A DNA stretch of 64,000 nucleotides from Bryobacterales bacterium (GTDB lineage Bacteria > Acidobacteriota > Terriglobia > Bryobacterales > UBA6623): assembly GCA_965204435.1 (NCBI GenBank), contig OZ241997.1:1948154-2012153 (forward strand), written 5' to 3'. Made by a program: the position numbers and the translations under genes. Under the pieces are notes generated by a model, which saw nothing but the letters and a program-made list of their open reading frames with translations, had not been told where the DNA came from and made no database searches. Numbering within the stretch: the first letter of the stretch is position 1; each line of letters opens with the position of its first letter. Below, piece by piece: positions 59,014-64,000 of this stretch.

Positions 59014-62000
59014 CTAAAAGTACAGGTACCGATAGTCGGTCAGCAAATAAGCCAGGGTCACGACCCAAGCCTCGGCGACGTGGTTCGAGTCGTTGATGTT
59101 CGCCTCTCTCCGGAACGCTCGCACGGGATCGTAGTCAAGGTTGCTGGCTCCGCCGGGCTGGAAGAACAAAGCGTCGTCGACAAGGCCCTCGAAGTAGCGA
59201 TGGTCTGCGCCGCCGTTACACGAAAGTTGCCCGTTGAAGAACCCCTTGTCGCCCGAGGTCCGCCTGCGGTTCCATACCTCGACAAAGAGGTCGAAAGCCT
59301 CGTTGACGTCAGGGGAATAGGCTCCCACTGTCACGCCGTACAGCTTGTGATGCAGGTCGGCCAGCTTCCGGCGGATCGCCGTCTCGCCTCGCGCTTGGCG
59401 GCCTTCCGACCGCACGTCGACCTCCAAGCGAGCGGCCTGCTCGCCGGCCTGCTCTTGGTAGGTCAGGATCTCCACGCTGTAGACGCCGCGCGACGCAACC
59501 TGTACAGGAACCTGCAAGGAGCAATCCCTCGACATGAAGTAGAAGCCCTGCCTAGGCCGGCCGCAGCCCTGCCTGTCGAGCGTCTCGAGCTCCACCTCGG
59601 ATACGACTGCCCCGCCGCTATCGCGGACAACCAGCCGATCCAAGTTGAGGTTGCGATCAAGGTTGTTCCCCTCGCTGTCCTTCTCCCCGAAGGTATTGTT
59701 GTTCGTGAACGCTAGGCGGACGGTCTGGGAGCCTGCCGAGAGCGGAACTTCCAATGCGACCAGTTGCTGGGAATCCGACGACGTTGCCGTGATCTCGAAC
59801 AAGCCTCCCCCCGCGGACAGCGGGGTGTCCAGCCGAGTGATGCCGTCGAAGAGCAAGCGCTTCTCGTCCGGCCAGTAGAAGAGCTCCCGACGGACGATTG
59901 GGCAGCTCACCTCCGCGGCGTGGCTCTGGGCGACTGACGCCATCAGAGCCGTCATGTCGCCGGTGCGCTCGGTGATCCCGTCCGAATCGATCCCGCCGTA
60001 GAGCAGCTGGTAGCCGCCATACCCCGGACCGTTGAGCTTGCTCCTCGGCTCTCCAAACCCGAAGGGCAACTGGAAGCGCCTGCCCCAAACGTAGCCGGTG
60101 ATGGCATCTGTCTTCGCTACAAGCTCTTCCGGCGTCAGCAGCCTCGCGACGCCGGCGTCGCGGAGAGCGGCCATGCGAGTCTCGTTGTCCCCTGTCACCG
60201 ACTCGGCCCGGAACCACGGGGAAAGGGCGATCTCAGTGAGCAGGTCCTTCGCGTTGAAAGGTTCCCCGCCTTCGAACCCGTCGCGGAACGACTGGGCAAG
60301 CGCCTCGACCTCCAAGGCCTGCGCCGAGGAAGCGACCAGCATGACATTGAAATCGGAATCGGAGGGGTCGGTGGGAGGCTCGACCAGTTCCACGCCCATG
60401 ACCGCAGGCCACCAGAACTTGACGACCGCACTCGCGAACCTCTCGTCCGCAACCATCCTCTCCGCCAGCCATTGCAGGCTGTTGTCCGCACTCGGGGCTG
60501 TCATCCCGTCAAAGCCCGGCTGGCGGACGTCTCGGAACCAAGTGTCCCCTCGCTGGTAGGGGGACGTCGTTCCGTCCCTGGGTCTCTTGTACAGCGCCGG
60601 CAAGGAGTCGAACCCTCCGCCCTGATCCCGGAACAGCCCGTCGTTGCCGTAGTTCTGATACGTGCCGGCAACCGGGTCCATCGGAATATGGCAGACGATG
60701 CACGCGGGATTGTTCATCGTCGGGTTGTTGGTGTCCGCCAGCGCGTCCGGGTCCGTCGTTCGCGCCGCGGACTTCTCGATGTCGAAGCCCAGGAAATGGT
60801 AGTAGGTCCAGCGCGACCGGGCCCGATTGCGATTCGTCGGGGTCGTCGGGTAGCGCTTCAAGAAGACCGTCGTGTTGAGCACTCCGGCATGGGGGTAGTC
60901 CGTGCTGAGATTGCCCGGATTGATCACTCGCCGCCCCCGTATTGGGTCTCGCTCCACAATCTGGCTGTTGTTCCTTCTGTAGTAGCTGAGGATCTCTGAA
61001 GGCTTGAATTCGGTCGGATCCTCGGGATTGTCGAACTCCGTGTCCGCGCCGTACGCGGCCGCAGCCACGGGGTTCGCCATGATGTAGTCCGCCGTCAAGA
61101 TCTCGGTGTAGGGGAGATCGTTCTCGACTACGTGAGCGATGAGCTCCAGCGGAGCGCGCGCCATGCCGTATTGCACGGCTTGCTCGTGAAACTTATACGG
61201 CGGATATTGGTTCAGACGGTTGTGACCGTTCTTGACGGCTTGATCGGCCAGCTCCCAGCGCTTGTTCGTCAGATCGACGAACCGCGGCTCGTTGAACGGA
61301 ACCACACGGGACCGCTCCGCGTCCGTCAGCAAGCGGTCATTGGCCGAGCGGATCAGGAAGTCGTGAAATCCCTGGCCGGCCATCAAGCCCCTGATCGTTT
61401 GCCGCAGCGTGGACTTGTTGCCGTAGATCACTGCGTTCAGCTCGGCTTGAGTGGGAAGCCTGCCGGCAAACAACAGCGCGGCGCGACGCAGCGTCCTCGC
61501 CGACGAGGCGAAGGTGACGCCGTTGAAGAGAGAGTCCGGGGAAAGCGCCCCGGACGTGGTCTCGCCCCCCAGCGCGCGCAGGAACTGCTCCATGTTGGCG
61601 AAGTCGGTCGATCCGGCCACCACTTGGACGCCCCCGCCGTGCGCCTCGGCTCCCTGGACTTTGTTGAGGATCAGGTCCGCCCCGCCCTCGACCGTATCTA
61701 GGAAGTTCTGGAACACCGCCAGGTTCGTAGCCTCGTGGCCCTCCACGTCCTGAGGCGTCAGCACCAGCCGCGTATGGCCGGACGCCCCGCCCTCGACGTG
61801 GCAGTAGATGCACTTCGACTGCACGACCGGCGTCGAGATGTAGTCGCTGAACAGAGTGCTCGGGGCCTCCGACGGCGACGCGACGCCTCTCCAAGGCTGG
61901 CGCGCCGGCGCGAACCTAGGCTGCAAAGGGCCCGAGATGGGCTTCTGGAACCTCCGCGGCTCGGGACTCTGGGTACCGAAGGCCGGACAGCTGGCCTCCG

Positions 62001-62208
62001 GCTGGATCGAGTGGCCGACCTCCTCCAAGCGTTCATGAGCCGCTTGGCGCCGCGCCTCTAGGACGCCCTGAAGAAAGAGTTCGCGCTCATGCTCGGACCG
62101 GAGTCGCTCCTCCTCGGCCTGCTCGCGCTCGAACTCGTCGTAGCCCGGCGCCGCCGCGCCAACCGAGACGCCCAGCGACACGACCAAAGGCCATGCGAAC
62201 AACCGCAT
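59014..62208 (-). CDS. DUF1588/DUF1585-type (PSD-like) secreted protein with two CxxCH motifs and an inserted carbohydrate-binding-like module
   Basis: Signal peptide from ATG 62208; CIYCH, CIVCH; YTEILTADY, HAGVL, TNRNRAR; VRLAFTNN...DRNLNLD (CBM60-like). Confidence 0.8.
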   Translation of the reverse strand: MRLFAWPLVVSLGVSVGAAAPGYDEFEREQAEEERLRSEHERELFLQGVLEARRQAAHERLEEVGHSIQPEASCPAFGTQSPEPRRFQKPISGPLQPRFAPARQPWRGVASPSEAPSTLFSDYISTPVVQSKCIYCHVEGGASGHTRLVLTPQDVEGHEATNLAVFQNFLDTVEGGADLILNKVQGAEAHGGGVQVVAGSTDFANMEQFLRALGGETTSGALSPDSLFNGVTFASSARTLRRAALLFAGRLPTQAELNAVIYGNKSTLRQTIRGLMAGQGFHDFLIRSANDRLLTDAERSRVVPFNEPRFVDLTNKRWELADQAVKNGHNRLNQYPPYKFHEQAVQYGMARAPLELIAHVVENDLPYTEILTADYIMANPVAAAAYGADTEFDNPEDPTEFKPSEILSYYRRNNSQIVERDPIRGRRVINPGNLSTDYPHAGVLNTTVFLKRYPTTPTNRNRARSRWTYYHFLGFDIEKSAARTTDPDALADTNNPTMNNPACIVCHIPMDPVAGTYQNYGNDGLFRDQGGGFDSLPALYKRPRDGTTSPYQRGDTWFRDVRQPGFDGMTAPSADNSLQWLAERMVADERFASAVVKFWWPAVMGVELVEPPTDPSDSDFNVMLVASSAQALEVEALAQSFRDGFEGGEPFNAKDLLTEIALSPWFRAESVTGDNETRMAALRDAGVARLLTPEELVAKTDAITGYVWGRRFQLPFGFGEPRSKLNGPGYGGYQLLYGGIDSDGITERTGDMTALMASVAQSHAAEVSCPIVRRELFYWPDEKRLLFDGITRLDTPLSAGGGLFEITATSSDSQQLVALEVPLSAGSQTVRLAFTNNNTFGEKDSEGNNLDRNLNLDRLVVRDSGGAVVSEVELETLDRQGCGRPRQGFYFMSRDCSLQVPVQVASRGVYSVEILTYQEQAGEQAARLEVDVRSEGRQARGETAIRRKLADLHHKLYGVTVGAYSPDVNEAFDLFVEVWNRRRTSGDKGFFNGQLSCNGGADHRYFEGLVDDALFFQPGGASNLDYDPVRAFRREANINDSNHVAEAWVVTLAYLLTDYRYLYF

Positions 62209-62728
62209 AAGAGATGCGCAGATCGTGCTCACGCTACTCCTCTTATCGGACCCCACGCATGACCGTAACACAAAAACCTCGCGCTCGAACCGGAAAAAGG
62301 CCCGTCTTGATGGTAGATGCAGGCCAAGCAGTTTAGGTTTCTTAGTCCAGTAATCAGCTTGTATTTCGGCGTCATCGGTTTCGGAATCGGGCAGTATTTC
62401 CAAGCTATCTGTCGCCGTCGTGACAAGCGCCTTGTTTCTGCGGCACCCGGGTTCTGCTGGCCTACTAGGAGCCTGGTGCGATCATCGCGTATAGACGAGC
62501 CGGGATCAGACACCGGAGGGGGGATGGCTCCAGAGAGCGGCTAGACCACGGGCCTCGCGCGAGCAAGTTCAAGTAGCCGCGTGAAGGCGGGTTTGCCCGC
62601 GGAACGTCCGCGCCCCCTTAAGCGCGGCCACAGTTCAAGCTAGACTTGCCTAAGGAACTGCCACTAGCGCTCGAGGGGCCTCAACCGACGACGTTGTGCG
62701 CCCTCGGCGGCGCAGTCCAGTACAGCTG

Positions 62729-64000
62729 ATGAGCCGCGCCTTCTGGATTCCGCTGGCGATCATGGCTGCCTCGGCCGCTCCCGCGCCCGGCCAGTTGCAG
62801 GCCCCGGCCGGAGGCGCGCCGTCGACCGCGCAAGCCCCGCTCGTCCGACACGCGGTCGAGATCCGGTCGCTCGAACAGCGCTCCGACGGCCCTGTGAGAG
62901 TCGCGACGGGGGACGTCGAGTTGCGCTTCAAGAGTGTGGTCCTGACTGCAGATATCGTCGAATACAACGAGTCAACCGGGGATCTGAAAGCAGAGGGCAA
63001 CATCCACTACCGCACGCTGGACGGGGACCAAGACCTGCGGGCCGACAGGCTGGCCTACAACCTGCGCACGGAGCTGGGCACGTTCTATGAAGCGCGCGGC
63101 CGCGCCGCTTCTGCCAGCCAGGGCGGCCCCCGCCTGCTCACGACCGACAACCCGTTCCAGTTCGAGGCGCGGATGGTTATCAAGGCGGGCGAGCATTACA
63201 CGATCCACAACGGCACCCTCACGAACTGCGATCCCGAGAGCCCGTGGTGGACGCTCAGCGCCTCCAGATCGGAACTTACCCCGGGCGGCTCGGCGACTGT
63301 GCGCAACGGACTGCTGCGCTTGCGCGGGGTTCCGCTGCTGTACCTGCCATATTTCAGGAAGTCGCTCAAGCGCATGCCGCGGCAAAGCGGCTTCTTGACG
63401 CCGACGATCGGCAACAGTTCTCGCTTCGGTCGCATCTTGGGGCAGGCCTACTACTGGGCGATCAACCGCAGCTATGACGCCACCGTGGGAGCAACCGTGT
63501 ATACCTCGCGCGGCCTCGCAACCAACGCCAGCCTGCGAGGCCGCCCGACCAAGAACTCGAGCTTTGACGCAGTGTTCTTCGACGTGCGGGACCGCGGCCG
63601 GGAACTCGACGACGGGGGCAGGCTCAAGCAGGGCGGCAACTCGTTCGACATGCGCGGCCAAGTGGCCTTCGGCGATGGCTGGCGCGGAGTCGCCGACCTG
63701 CACTACCTCAGCTCGCTCGAATTCCGCCAGGCATTCACGCAGACCTACGAAGAGGCAGTCTTTTCGCAGATCCGCTCCATCGGGTTCGTGTCCAAGAACT
63801 TCTCGGCGTACTCCTTCAACGTCTCCCTGCTGCGCAACGAGCACTTCCAGAGCGTCGCTCGCGACGACAACATCGTCATCCGCAAGTTGCCCGCCATCGA
63901 ATTCAACAGCCGGCCCAGGTCCTTCGGGCCGAAGTCCGTGCCGCTGTGGTTTAGCTTCGACTCGTCGCTGGACCTGATCAGCCGCACGCAGCGCAGCTTC
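62729..64000 (+). CDS. lptD: LPS-assembly protein LptD, 5' part; runs off the window end
   Basis: Manual translation MSRAFWIPLAIMAA...ATGDVELRF..LTADIVEYN...TNCDPESPWW...GVPLLYLPY...RQSGFLTP...YYWAINRSYD. Confidence 0.9.
   Translation, partial: MSRAFWIPLAIMAASAAPAPGQLQAPAGGAPSTAQAPLVRHAVEIRSLEQRSDGPVRVATGDVELRFKSVVLTADIVEYNESTGDLKAEGNIHYRTLDGDQDLRADRLAYNLRTELGTFYEARGRAASASQGGPRLLTTDNPFQFEARMVIKAGEHYTIHNGTLTNCDPESPWWTLSASRSELTPGGSATVRNGLLRLRGVPLLYLPYFRKSLKRMPRQSGFLTPTIGNSSRFGRILGQAYYWAINRSYDATVGATVYTSRGLATNASLRGRPTKNSSFDAVFFDVRDRGRELDDGGRLKQGGNSFDMRGQVAFGDGWRGVADLHYLSSLEFRQAFTQTYEEAVFSQIRSIGFVSKNFSAYSFNVSLLRNEHFQSVARDDNIVIRKLPAIEFNSRPRSFGPKSVPLWFSFDSSLDLISRTQRSF

Overview
High-GC bacterial chromosome segment, most likely Acidobacteriota (Bryobacterales/Solibacter-like). 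This is inferred from a TIGR03437-type C-terminal domain protein, a small 'RRGRxPAW' protein and many Tat-exported Gfo/Idh/MocA, sulfatase and DUF1080 proteins. Core genes (acyl-CoA synthetase, serS, nadE, thiL, fhs, acyl-CoA carboxylase beta, lptD) surround two insertions, each bracketed by an imperfect direct repeat of a host gene fragment and lacking any recognisable integrase or transposase. (1) A ~13.2 kb defence island (32671-45870) lies between two 446-bp copies of the 5' end and divergent promoter of an M28 peptidase gene. It carries a Type I RM system, a decayed extra hsdS TRD, two solitary DNA methyltransferases (C5 and PaeR7I-like N6), and a three-gene operon: GHKL/MORC-like ATPase-histidine kinase fusion, receiver protein with an unknown output domain, and an unknown His-motif protein. 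That operon is the best candidate for an uncharacterised, phosphorelay-controlled defence system. (2) A ~4 kb cassette (53694-57717) lies between two 432-bp copies of the 3' end of a DUF1501 gene. No rRNA, tRNA or CRISPR array was seen. All counts and identities are by eye and need computational confirmation.
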